From positions 1 through 64,000 of IMG/VR virus record IMGVR_UViG_3300025589_000004: DNA of 64,000 bases; one strand, 5' to 3'. Made by a program: the position numbers and the translations under genes. A model generated the notes under the pieces. The model saw nothing but the letters and a program-made list of their open reading frames with translations. It did no database searches and was not told the origin of the DNA. Each line of letters opens with the position of its first letter. Within the stretch, counting starts at the first letter, position 1. This document shows positions 10,128 through 19,176 of this stretch, in pieces. The stretch comes from a virus (lineage: Duplodnaviria > Caudoviricetes).

Positions 10128-10769
10128 TTAAGATGGAGAACTTCTATATATTATATTCATGCCTGCATCTGGAAATACATCATAAGTTATATTATTATCA
10201 TAAATATTTATAAAATATGAATTATCTGAAAATAAATATTTAATTAAATTATCTTCATTAAAAAACATTTTTAAGAATAATTCTTTTTCTTTTTTATCAT
10301 TAATAAGTGGTGTTGTTATTATACCTGTATCTATCCATATTTCTGAATCTAATATATCTTTAATTTTAATAATTGCATCTTTTATATCATCAATATTTTC
10401 TAGATTTTGTTTAATAGATAATTTACCATCAACTTTTTCTTCTTCTGTAGCTTTAGTATTTAAATATATTTTAAATCTATGTTTCTTTAGAACTTCTAAT
10501 ATAATTGAAATCAAATCTATTAAATTATTATTATTACAAAAAGCTAATAAGAAAACTAATTTTAAATCATAATCTGAAATTCTAATACCAGAAGTAATAT
10601 CCATATCTTGGAGTTTATTATAAAAATCTTTGCTAAATAAGAATATCTTATCATGATTCTTCTTTGCTTCTTTAATTAAATTATCTACATTTACATCAAG
10701 ATTAACCACTAATGAATGTGTAGATGATGAATTAGTTTCAAATATACCTTGTCTTATTTTTATTGTCAT
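10128..10769 (-). CDS. Conserved phage hypothetical protein (FETNSSSTHS N-terminal motif)
   Basis: IRQGIFETNSSSTHSLVV motif recalled from other phage proteins; GAGG RBS. Confidence 0.65.
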   Translation of the reverse strand: MTIKIRQGIFETNSSSTHSLVVNLDVNVDNLIKEAKKNHDKIFLFSKDFYNKLQDMDITSGIRISDYDLKLVFLLAFCNNNNLIDLISIILEVLKKHRFKIYLNTKATEEEKVDGKLSIKQNLENIDDIKDAIIKIKDILDSEIWIDTGIITTPLINDKKEKELFLKMFFNEDNLIKYLFSDNSYFINIYDNNITYDVFPDAGMNIIYRSSPS

Positions 10770-10807
10770 AATATCCTCACTATAATTATTATATAATTAT
10801 ACTATTT

Positions 10808-11002
10808 TTAATTATTTTCTACATTACTATTTTTCTTTTTTTTTAATGATTGTCTATATTCTGCCATTTTTAACTCGTTAAATTCTGGAAAAGCACAAAC
10901 AGAAACATCTAATCCATCTTCAAGTCCTAATCTAATCTCCATCATTTGGTTGACTGTGAATAATTTATTTACATAAATAGATACATCTACTCCATTTTTC
11001 AA
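10808..11002 (-). CDS. 26-aa-repeat family protein, copy 4 (start uncertain)
   Basis: GVDVSIYVNKLFTVNQMMEIRLGLEDGLDVS; frame continues upstream as LFNIHQIIEIRTGL behind an AGGAG with no ATG. Confidence 0.65.
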   Translation of the reverse strand: MKNGVDVSIYVNKLFTVNQMMEIRLGLEDGLDVSVCAFPEFNELKMAEYRQSLKKKKNSNVENN

Positions 11003-11058
11003 TCCAGTACGTATTTCTATTATCTGATGAATATTAAATAATCTCCTTTTTTTAAATA

Positions 11059-11907
11059 TTACCCAATACCACCTAAAGATGTTTTATTTATTAAATACAT
11101 TCTTTGTTGTTTAGCTTTTTCACTATACAAATCTGTATTATATTCCATTATAACCAATTTTTTGGATTTATTATTATTTATCATATTATCAATTTCAGCA
11201 CTAAATCTATTAATATCTATATTATTACCTTGTGTAGGTTGCCAAGATGTTTCTACGAATATATATTCCAATTCATTAAATAATTGATTTTCTGTCAACC
11301 AGCGATAATCGGTAGAATTATATTGTAAATGTGTAGTATATATTTCAACATCAGTAAGATGGCTTTTCATTGTAATAAGACAATCTTTCAGTATATTGAT
11401 ATTCCTAAATCTTTCGTTAGATTCAATTGAAAGTAGATAGCCAGAGACATAATCTTTGATTTTATTATGAATGGTCTTCCATATATTTATATGTTTACCA
11501 ATATCACGCCAGTCAGGAGATTTATCGTCAGTATATAAACATGGAAATATTGCTATTCCATTATCAAGAAAATATTGAATTTTTTCTATTGCTTTATTTA
11601 AATTATCATTATTAATCATAACTAGATTTTTATCGGTTATATTGCCCGCCTCATCAGCAGGTGATAGTAAAAATGTAATTGATGGTTGAAATCCTTTAGG
11701 ACATCCGCTTTTAATATATTCAGAAACAAATTTAATTTCTTGTTTATCTTTATTCAATATATCCCAAGTAGCTTCTAGTCTGCCATTATAATTATAAAAT
11801 AATGGACAATAAATTTTATTATTACCTATCTTAATTGGTTTATATATACCAAATAAGCATTTTAATAAATAAACGATTAATTTTTCTAATATATTCATAA
11901 TATACAT
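11059..11907 (-). CDS. Putative glycoside hydrolase-like TIM-barrel protein with N-terminal hydrophobic segment
   Basis: LSIESNE, TTHLQ and LVIMEYN at spacings compatible with clan GH-A catalytic Glu residues. Confidence 0.5.
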   Translation of the reverse strand: MYIMNILEKLIVYLLKCLFGIYKPIKIGNNKIYCPLFYNYNGRLEATWDILNKDKQEIKFVSEYIKSGCPKGFQPSITFLLSPADEAGNITDKNLVMINNDNLNKAIEKIQYFLDNGIAIFPCLYTDDKSPDWRDIGKHINIWKTIHNKIKDYVSGYLLSIESNERFRNINILKDCLITMKSHLTDVEIYTTHLQYNSTDYRWLTENQLFNELEYIFVETSWQPTQGNNIDINRFSAEIDNMINNNKSKKLVIMEYNTDLYSEKAKQQRMYLINKTSLGGIG

Positions 11908-11950
11908 CCTTTAATTATTATAATTTTTTGCTTTTTATTTCTTTTAAAAA

Positions 11951-12107
11951 TCCGCACCATGTTTTGGACTGCCACGTCCAGTCGGTTCAGTTGCCTTCAA
12001 ACGGCCCTCTCGGACCTTGGCCACCCTAGTCTCCCGTTTAACTCTCCGTTTCACGCTTGGCATGCGCTACTCCTTCAAGCCCCCGGCTTCAGCCGGGGGT
12101 GGTTGAC
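11951..12107 (-). mobile_element. Truncated IS200/IS605-family end resembling IscB omegaRNA/HEARO 5' region; no iscB ORF
   Basis: About 60% GC island. Minus strand starts GTCAACCACCCCCGGCTGAAGCCGGGGGCTTG, then hairpins GGTCC-GAGA-GGGCC and TGGAC-GTGGCA-GTCCA. Confidence 0.8.
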
Positions 12108-12162
12108 TATATAATCCATTTAATCGATTTGTATTGATATTCATTTTCTTCTTCCTATAATT

Positions 12163-12522
12163 TCATTTGATAAGTTCATTTAATGTATTTATTATTTCCA
12201 CATATTCATTTTTTTCTATATTACCAGATTCCAATAATTTATCTAAGACGGTTTTTATTTCAATTAATTCAGTATTAATATTAGATTTATCTAAAGATTG
12301 ATATATTGTAAACAATAAATTGTTACAATGTAGAAGTAAATTAAATCCCTGTTCAAATAATATATCTGATATAATTTTGTTTTCAATTTTAGAATATATA
12401 TTATTAATATATTTAGTAAATGATAATAATTTTTCTTTTATATCTTTATTTTGTAAATTATTAATAAAAGTAGTAAATAATTTATATTCAAATTTAAAAT
12501 TAATATCACCTATTTCAGTCAT
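12163..12522 (-). CDS. Hypothetical protein
   Basis: 119 aa ORF overlapping the end of the holin gene. Confidence 0.55.
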   Translation of the reverse strand: MTEIGDINFKFEYKLFTTFINNLQNKDIKEKLLSFTKYINNIYSKIENKIISDILFEQGFNLLLHCNNLLFTIYQSLDKSNINTELIEIKTVLDKLLESGNIEKNEYVEIINTLNELIK

Positions 12523-12961
12523 TTATTTTTTTTCCTTTTTGATTATTTGCTTTAATTTTTTCTACCGTTCTGGATATGATATAATTACCTGTTATATAAC
12601 CAATTAATATAATTAAGTCTAAATCCAAATCAATTTTGATTAATGTCCGCTGTTTAATCATCATAGCAAATGGATATACTATATTATTCCATATACCATA
12701 AGTAAACATAATAAAACAAACAATATACATTAATAATGGTCTCCAAGAACGATAAAATGCTGAACCAACATTAACTTCATTTTCCAATAACTTCATTTTG
12801 AAATTATTATCAAATTCCATTGCTTTTGTTTCAATCTCATATTTTAGTTTTGTATTAAGGTCTTTATCATGAACAAGCTGGTCTATTATATTAAATAATC
12901 CTTTAGTAAAGTTACTAGCTAAATCTAATATTTTATCCCTAAAATCAGAAAAAATGCTCAT
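12515..12961 (-). CDS. Putative holin (3TM/GTA-holin-like)
   Basis: RSWRPLLMYIVC followed by hydrophobic helices and YIISRTVEKIK ending. Confidence 0.75.
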   Translation of the reverse strand: MSIFSDFRDKILDLASNFTKGLFNIIDQLVHDKDLNTKLKYEIETKAMEFDNNFKMKLLENEVNVGSAFYRSWRPLLMYIVCFIMFTYGIWNNIVYPFAMMIKQRTLIKIDLDLDLIILIGYITGNYIISRTVEKIKANNQKGKKIND

Positions 12962-12990
12962 AATTAATTCTCCTTATTAATTATATTTAT

Positions 12991-14313
12991 TTATTCACCA
13001 TCTATTTTTTTAAGATAATCATAAAACATTTGTTTGGCTATATTAATATCCAATCCATTATTATTTAATATATTTTCTGGTATTTTATTGAAAAATGTAT
13101 CTATAATTTTAGTATCAAAATTGTCAGATAAATTATTAATTTGTTCTGCAGATCCACTAATTTCATCTAATATCAAATTATCATTATTCAACTCAAAATC
13201 ATAATCCATAATAACATTTTTATTATTCAGATTTTCTTTGACTTTATTTAATAAAATAAACTTAATATCATTGTTACTTAATTTATAATATAATTCACTA
13301 AAGAATATTCTGATATAAATCTTGTTTGTATTACTCATAAATCGTTTTTCTATATATTCAGCTAATTTATTTGCTAATATATCTAGTTTTTCTATACAAA
13401 TATCAGAATATTTAAAATTTAATAATTTAATAAAATCATTAAAATTAATTTTAATAAATGATAATATATTAGAAGTATTAAAAAATTGTATATTGTTATT
13501 ATCAGTATTCAAAATATAATATCCAAATTCTTTATTATTTGTATCATTAAATGTATGTGGTAATATGCTTCCAATAAACATTAATTTTTGATTATTTTCT
13601 GAAATATTTATTTCTTTTTTTGTGTGTATATGTCCAGCGAATGCAATACCAGAATTATTTAATAATTTTCTAATATCAGATAAATCAAAAGAATCATATT
13701 GAAGAGAAACATTATTAATATTATTTGTTACATTATCAAATAATATTTTATCAGATAAACTAATTTCTAATTCATTATTTAGAAAAATATCATTATCTAC
13801 TTTATTATATTTAATATATAGACTATTATTAAATGGATGATGAGTAAATATATAGTCATATTTATTATTCTGATAATTAGCTAATTCAGCTTTATATGCT
13901 TGATTATTAATAAATGGTATTAATAGACATTTTTTATTATATAAAGATATTTCTGTTATTCTACTAATTATATCAATTTGTTCTAGAGATAGATTTTCTA
14001 GTAATTTAAGTCCATGAATAACATCGGTATCTTTTGCTTCTTTATAATAAACATCATGATTACCTAAAATAAAATATATTTTATTTGTAAATGTATTTAG
14101 TAATTTTTTGATAATTTCTGATAATATATTATATACATATATATTTAGATTTTTTTTATCATTAATAAAATCACCTAAAAATATACAAGTAGTTATATTC
14201 TCTTCTTTAGCTTTAGTACACATCATATCAACTGCTGATAATGCATCATTAAGTCTATCTTCATTATTTGATTCTATACCTAAATGAATATCACTAAATA
14301 ACATTATTTTCAT
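12991..14313 (-). CDS. Recombination endonuclease subunit (gp47/SbcD/Mre11-like)
   Basis: FSDIHLG, FLGDF, LGNHD, FTHH, AGHIH metallophosphoesterase motifs. Confidence 0.9.
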   Translation of the reverse strand: MKIMLFSDIHLGIESNNEDRLNDALSAVDMMCTKAKEENITTCIFLGDFINDKKNLNIYVYNILSEIIKKLLNTFTNKIYFILGNHDVYYKEAKDTDVIHGLKLLENLSLEQIDIISRITEISLYNKKCLLIPFINNQAYKAELANYQNNKYDYIFTHHPFNNSLYIKYNKVDNDIFLNNELEISLSDKILFDNVTNNINNVSLQYDSFDLSDIRKLLNNSGIAFAGHIHTKKEINISENNQKLMFIGSILPHTFNDTNNKEFGYYILNTDNNNIQFFNTSNILSFIKINFNDFIKLLNFKYSDICIEKLDILANKLAEYIEKRFMSNTNKIYIRIFFSELYYKLSNNDIKFILLNKVKENLNNKNVIMDYDFELNNDNLILDEISGSAEQINNLSDNFDTKIIDTFFNKIPENILNNNGLDINIAKQMFYDYLKKIDGE

Positions 14314-14329
14314 ATAATATAATTTCTAT

Positions 14330-15103
14330 TTAAGTTGTTATATATTTTTCAATTTCTGGTTTAATATCAATTCCATTTAATATTTTATCTCGTAATTCAA
14401 TAATTTTTTGTATATTATCAATATTAAATATCTTTTCTAAATTATTTATTAAATATTTCATATTTTCTATATCACTATCTTTAATCGTTATAATATATTC
14501 TGGTGCACTCATATATTCTGGTACAATTGACTTCAATATATATTCTTTGATTACATTAATTAAAGAACCATCATTTGTATATAAATATCTATATTTTTCA
14601 TTAATAGCTTTGTTATTATAATTATAACACTGAATAAAATATATTCTTCTCATATTTTTATCATCAATATTAAAATTTGCATATAAACTAATATCTACTC
14701 CTTTACTAATGCCGAGTCTTATAAAATTCATTTGTTTTTCATTGAAAAAATGTGGTATTGCAAAAATTGAGACATCAATACCATCTTGAAGACCAATAAA
14801 TATTTCTTTAGCTTGAAAATAATTTAATTTATGATTAGCCAGCCATGAAACATCTAAATTGCTTTCCAATCCATAATAAATCAAGTCAATTATCTGATAA
14901 TCATTTGTTGCTTCTACTGAATTAAGTTTTTTAATAATATTATAATCTAATAACCAAGATATATCTAATCCTTTTAAAATACAAGACCATAATAAATTTT
15001 TAATATATTTTATAATATCATCATGAAAGTTTTGATTTGTAATGTTAAATTCATGCAATATAATATCTAAAACATTATCAAGATTAGTATTCATACTATT
15101 CAA
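14330..15103 (-). CDS. 26-aa-repeat family protein, copy 5
   Basis: Four units: GLDISWLLD, NLDVSWLAN, GIDVSIFAI, GVDISLYAN. Confidence 0.75.
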   Translation of the reverse strand: MNSMNTNLDNVLDIILHEFNITNQNFHDDIIKYIKNLLWSCILKGLDISWLLDYNIIKKLNSVEATNDYQIIDLIYYGLESNLDVSWLANHKLNYFQAKEIFIGLQDGIDVSIFAIPHFFNEKQMNFIRLGISKGVDISLYANFNIDDKNMRRIYFIQCYNYNNKAINEKYRYLYTNDGSLINVIKEYILKSIVPEYMSAPEYIITIKDSDIENMKYLINNLEKIFNIDNIQKIIELRDKILNGIDIKPEIEKYITT

Positions 15104-16412
15104 TTTCAGATATTTTCAGTGTTTTATAGTCTATTTTAAATAAATATTCTTTATTTATTATACCGCCAAGACGATTCTTTAGATGTTGAAATCTAATTAT
15201 ATTCATGTTTCTATCATTATCATTTTGCCAAATTCCAGTAATTACATCTGCATGATGGGCTACGGCTCTAGATTCTGCTATGTTTTTCATACTTGGCACT
15301 GTATCAAACCCCTCAGAATTGAATTGTGTCGGTGATATTATTGGACAATTAAATTTATAACCAAGCGCTCTTAATTCTTTTGCAATATCACCTATTCTTT
15401 CATACATCGTTATATTATTACTACTATTTAAACTAGTCAATAGATTTAAATAATCTATAAGAATAATTTCTGGAGTAAAACCAGATATTATCAAATTATT
15501 TAATGCATTTTCTATAGTCAATACATTAACTGTTTTTGGTGGAAATTCTATGATTGCTATATTACCAAAATTATCTTTATTTTTTTGATATTCGTTTAAT
15601 ATAATATACTTGTTATCTGGCACTTGATATATTGGAATATTGTAACAAATAGATTCAAATCGTTGTAAATATAAATCTCTATTTATTTCCATAGTAATTA
15701 CTACTATATTCTTTTTCATTTTATAAAAATTATTCATTAAATTGATTAAAAATGCCGTTTTACCTATACCAGGCATACCAACAGGCACCCATAAAAATTT
15801 ACCATTTTTTAATATACCACCATTAAAATCTTCATCAAATATCTTATAACCTGTTGATAATTTATCATCTACTATTGATAATTTATCTAAATGCTCAATA
15901 ATTGTATTTTCATTATATACAAACCAATTGTTAGTCAATGAAGACACAACTATTAATTTATTAAAAGTATCTATTATTTTATTTATTGTTTTATTATCTT
16001 CAATATTATCTATATTATCGGATAAAGTAATATAGATTTTTCTATTTTTTAGGTAATCTAAAACTGTAGTATAAATAACATTATTATCTATAATTTGATT
16101 GAATAATGTTATTGATGATTTGATTATATTTATAAATTCATCTTTTGTTGTAGATAATTGTTGTAATAATTGATTATTATTTGCTATATTATTAGTTAAT
16201 ATATTTTCTGTTGGTGGTGTATTATATTTTTTATAGTAGGATATTATTATTGAAATGATATTTTTAATTTGATTATTTTTGATTATACGTTTATCTGAGA
16301 ATAGATTTATATATTGTTGTATAAATTCTTTATTAGTTAGTAGTAAGCATAATAATAGTTTTTCTATTTCTTCAGAAGTAAAGAAAGAATTTTTATCATT
16401 TTGTTGTATCAT
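15096..16412 (-). CDS. Replicative DnaB-like helicase (T4 gp41-like)
   Basis: GMPGIGKT, ITMEI, ILIDYLNLL, SPTQFN, AES, KNRLG. Confidence 0.92.
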   Translation of the reverse strand: MIQQNDKNSFFTSEEIEKLLLCLLLTNKEFIQQYINLFSDKRIIKNNQIKNIISIIISYYKKYNTPPTENILTNNIANNNQLLQQLSTTKDEFINIIKSSITLFNQIIDNNVIYTTVLDYLKNRKIYITLSDNIDNIEDNKTINKIIDTFNKLIVVSSLTNNWFVYNENTIIEHLDKLSIVDDKLSTGYKIFDEDFNGGILKNGKFLWVPVGMPGIGKTAFLINLMNNFYKMKKNIVVITMEINRDLYLQRFESICYNIPIYQVPDNKYIILNEYQKNKDNFGNIAIIEFPPKTVNVLTIENALNNLIISGFTPEIILIDYLNLLTSLNSSNNITMYERIGDIAKELRALGYKFNCPIISPTQFNSEGFDTVPSMKNIAESRAVAHHADVITGIWQNDNDRNMNIIRFQHLKNRLGGIINKEYLFKIDYKTLKISEIE

Positions 16413-16441
16413 ATATTAATTATACTGTTTGATATATTATA

Positions 16442-17629
16442 TTATAAAACCCCGGTATTATCGTTATCTTCTTGATTATCAATATATTGTGTTAGAATAG
16501 CATTATTATTATTGTTAGATTCTATACTAGAATATCTAATATCTTGATATTGCAATTTATCTAATTTTTCTAGAAACATATTCCAGATATTGTCATTAAA
16601 TAATATATCTGTTAATCTATATTTTTTATCAACTAATTCTGACTTAATCTTGTCAGTATCTATCATTTCTTTATTAATCGTGTACCAACCTTTAGTTGAA
16701 TTATCGATGAACTTATATTTAATAGCTAAATCTAATATACCAGAATATTTAGAAATCATTCCTTTATTGAAATCCATATCTATAGTACAAGTAAGACCGG
16801 GCTGAACTAAATAATTCTTAATTGTCATAAAATCTACAGAAATACCACTATAAACCTTATCTTCTGTCTCTAACTTACTTTTAACTAAACTTTTATTACA
16901 TTGAATAATCAATCTAGACAAAAACATTATTCCTTTACCACCTGACTGATTCTTAATCTTACTCTGATACATAGCTGCTGGATCATCATATACATGATTC
17001 AATATAATAAATGGTATTTTATACTCAAACGATTTCATTGTAATACTCTTAACACAATCATTTATCATTCTAGCACGATTACCTCTATCTACTTTACCAT
17101 CAACATCTTCTATTATCTTCTCTGTGATAAGTCCACCTAAACTATCCAATACCACTATTGCTTTATAATTATCTGGATTATCTAACGATTTCTTAATCTC
17201 AATTATTGTATTAAATACCTTTTTCACCTTAACATTAAAATCTTCTATAGAATAAACTGGAATATATTTAATTTTATTTTTATCTATTCCAATATTATTA
17301 ACCATTGATAGAATACTGCCTTCACTATCCAAAATATAAATATCATAATCTTTTGCATTTTTACAAATATTTAATGCAGTATAAGTCTTCATTGTTTGGT
17401 TTTCACCATAAAAAATTATAATCCTATTATTTGGCACACCTTTAAAAAAACTACCAGAAATTATTCTATTTAGCCCATAATTTCCAGTATCAATAAATTC
17501 TACATTAGAATCATCTAATACTTTTTCTATAGGCTGGACAATATCATTCAATTCTTTCAATTTTGAATTCACTATATTCTCTATTCCACTATTACTAACA
17601 TTAGATTTTTTCATGATATTTTTCTCCAA
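16442..17629 (-). CDS. uvsX: RecA-like recombinase
   Basis: IDTGNYGLNRIISG, GENQTMKT, LDSEG, VLDSLGGL, LNHVY, QSGGKG. Confidence 0.92.
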   Translation of the reverse strand: MEKNIMKKSNVSNSGIENIVNSKLKELNDIVQPIEKVLDDSNVEFIDTGNYGLNRIISGSFFKGVPNNRIIIFYGENQTMKTYTALNICKNAKDYDIYILDSEGSILSMVNNIGIDKNKIKYIPVYSIEDFNVKVKKVFNTIIEIKKSLDNPDNYKAIVVLDSLGGLITEKIIEDVDGKVDRGNRARMINDCVKSITMKSFEYKIPFIILNHVYDDPAAMYQSKIKNQSGGKGIMFLSRLIIQCNKSLVKSKLETEDKVYSGISVDFMTIKNYLVQPGLTCTIDMDFNKGMISKYSGILDLAIKYKFIDNSTKGWYTINKEMIDTDKIKSELVDKKYRLTDILFNDNIWNMFLEKLDKLQYQDIRYSSIESNNNNNAILTQYIDNQEDNDNTGVL

Positions 17630-17657
17630 ATAATAATTATTTTTATATTTAATTATA

Positions 17658-18155
17658 CTATTTTAAGTCTTTAATAGTAGTCTCTGGAATTTGAATTAAA
17701 TTATCTAATAATCCAGCTTTTTTATAATCAATAATTATATCTTCAGTTATCATTGATTTATCATATGGATAAACATAATATATAGTCTTAATTCCAGATA
17801 ATAAAATATGCTTAAAACAAATAAAACAAGGCATATGTGTACAATATAATATTGAATTATTTATATCTATATTATTTTTTAATGCAAAAAATAATGCATT
17901 CATTTCTGCATGAATCTCGAATAAATTACTCCAAACAGAATGTTCAGCTCTATCAAACTCTTTATTATAATTTGGAAATTTTTCATTACAATTAATAAAT
18001 CCGGAAATTGTGCCATTAATTCCAGAAGATATTATTCTATTATTCTTAACTACAATTGCAGCCACTTTAAATGAAACACATTTACTTAATTTAGCTAAAT
18101 TTAATACTATATTTGCAAATATGATATTATTAGTATTTATATTATTCAAACTCAT
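17658..18155 (-). CDS. dCMP deaminase
   Basis: HAEMNA and PCFIC zinc motifs. Confidence 0.93.
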   Translation of the reverse strand: MSLNNINTNNIIFANIVLNLAKLSKCVSFKVAAIVVKNNRIISSGINGTISGFINCNEKFPNYNKEFDRAEHSVWSNLFEIHAEMNALFFALKNNIDINNSILYCTHMPCFICFKHILLSGIKTIYYVYPYDKSMITEDIIIDYKKAGLLDNLIQIPETTIKDLK

Positions 18156-18189
18156 ACTAATTATATACCTTTTTTAAAATAAAAAAGGG

Positions 18190-18197
18190 TATAAATA
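18190..18197 (+). promoter_or_regulatory. T4-type late promoter TATAAATA upstream of groES-gp55
   Basis: Exact T4 late consensus about 50 nt before groES. The octamer is common in AT-rich DNA, so support is positional. Confidence 0.5.
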
Positions 18198-18246
18198 ATA
18201 AATAGGATATTGTGATATTGTTGCAATTCAAATTGGAGGTTATATT

Positions 18247-18570
18247 ATGGCAACTAATGTATTTAATTTTGGTATATCTGAAGGTATATTTGAAAAGAAT
18301 GTTAAGCCATTACATGATAAAGTAGTTTTAAAAAAAGAAGAGATATCGCATGAGCGTAATTCTGGTGGAATAATAATTCCACAAAAAATAGATGTTCCTA
18401 CAATGGCTATTAAAGCTGAGGTTGTTGCAATTGGACCTGATGCACAAAAAGAATTGCCAGATTTAAAAGTTGGAGATAAAGTATTATATGATGCATTAAG
18501 TGTATTTTATGATACACATCCTATAGTTATAACAAAAGTAGAAAATATTATTTGTAAAATTGAAGAATAG
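18247..18570 (+). CDS. groES: Co-chaperonin GroES (Cpn10)
   Basis: KPLHDKVVL, SGGIIIP, AEVVAIGP, LKVGDKVLY; GGAGG RBS. Confidence 0.92.
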   Translation: MATNVFNFGISEGIFEKNVKPLHDKVVLKKEEISHERNSGGIIIPQKIDVPTMAIKAEVVAIGPDAQKELPDLKVGDKVLYDALSVFYDTHPIVITKVENIICKIEE

Positions 18571-18586
18571 AAGATATATATAATAT

Positions 18587-19105
18587 ATGGCGACAAAATA
18601 CTTTATTAAAGGCCGAAATAGGAAAAAAACAAAAGAATATATCAAATTTGTAGATGCTAATAATAATATTCAAGTAATAGAAAAACATAAACGTAAAGAA
18701 AATAAAAACAAAACACAAGATAATTTTTATGTAAATAAATCAGAATTATATAATTTGATAGTTAATTATAATAGAAATAATAGAAAAGAATTATCAGATA
18801 GTATATGTAATTCATTATATAATATAGCTAAAAATGTCGCTAATATTGCATATTTCAGATATAATTTAGAAAATGGAGAGTTAATTGATGCTATAAATTC
18901 ATGTTATTTATTTTGTATAAGCAAAATTAAAAATTATGATGCTAAATATAAAAATCCATTTGCTTTCTTTACTTCAATTTGTTATAATTATTATCTACAA
19001 TATATTAAAAAATATTCAAGATATAGAACTATTAGATTATTTTCTGAAATAGAAGAAGAAATCTATATAGAAGAAAATAATAATAACTTAAATAATTATA
19101 TCTAA
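18587..19105 (+). CDS. Late-transcription sigma factor (T4 gp55-like)
   Basis: FYVNKSEL...IAKNVA...KNYDAKYKNPFAFFTSICYNYYLQYIKK. Confidence 0.85.
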   Translation: MATKYFIKGRNRKKTKEYIKFVDANNNIQVIEKHKRKENKNKTQDNFYVNKSELYNLIVNYNRNNRKELSDSICNSLYNIAKNVANIAYFRYNLENGELIDAINSCYLFCISKIKNYDAKYKNPFAFFTSICYNYYLQYIKKYSRYRTIRLFSEIEEEIYIEENNNNLNNYI

Positions 19106-19123
19106 TCTATAGCTAATTTAAAC

Positions 19124-19159
19124 AAAAAAAATAGCGGCTGATTATTCACCAGCCGCTAT
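19124..19159 (-). terminator. Rho-independent terminator after major capsid gene
   Basis: ATAGCGGCTG-9nt-CAGCCGCTAT stem followed by a T run on the minus strand. Confidence 0.85.
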
Positions 19160-19176
19160 CAAATGCTAAATTCTAA

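Noticed and set aside
11951-12107. GC-rich island as a tRNA or simple terminator
   Set aside because: No cloverleaf or T-loop motif and no U-tract after the main hairpin; it fits an IS200/IS605-type end better.
5315-17629. Inteins or introns in nrdD, helicase or uvsX
   Set aside because: Protein lengths are ordinary and no splicing or homing-endonuclease motifs were seen.
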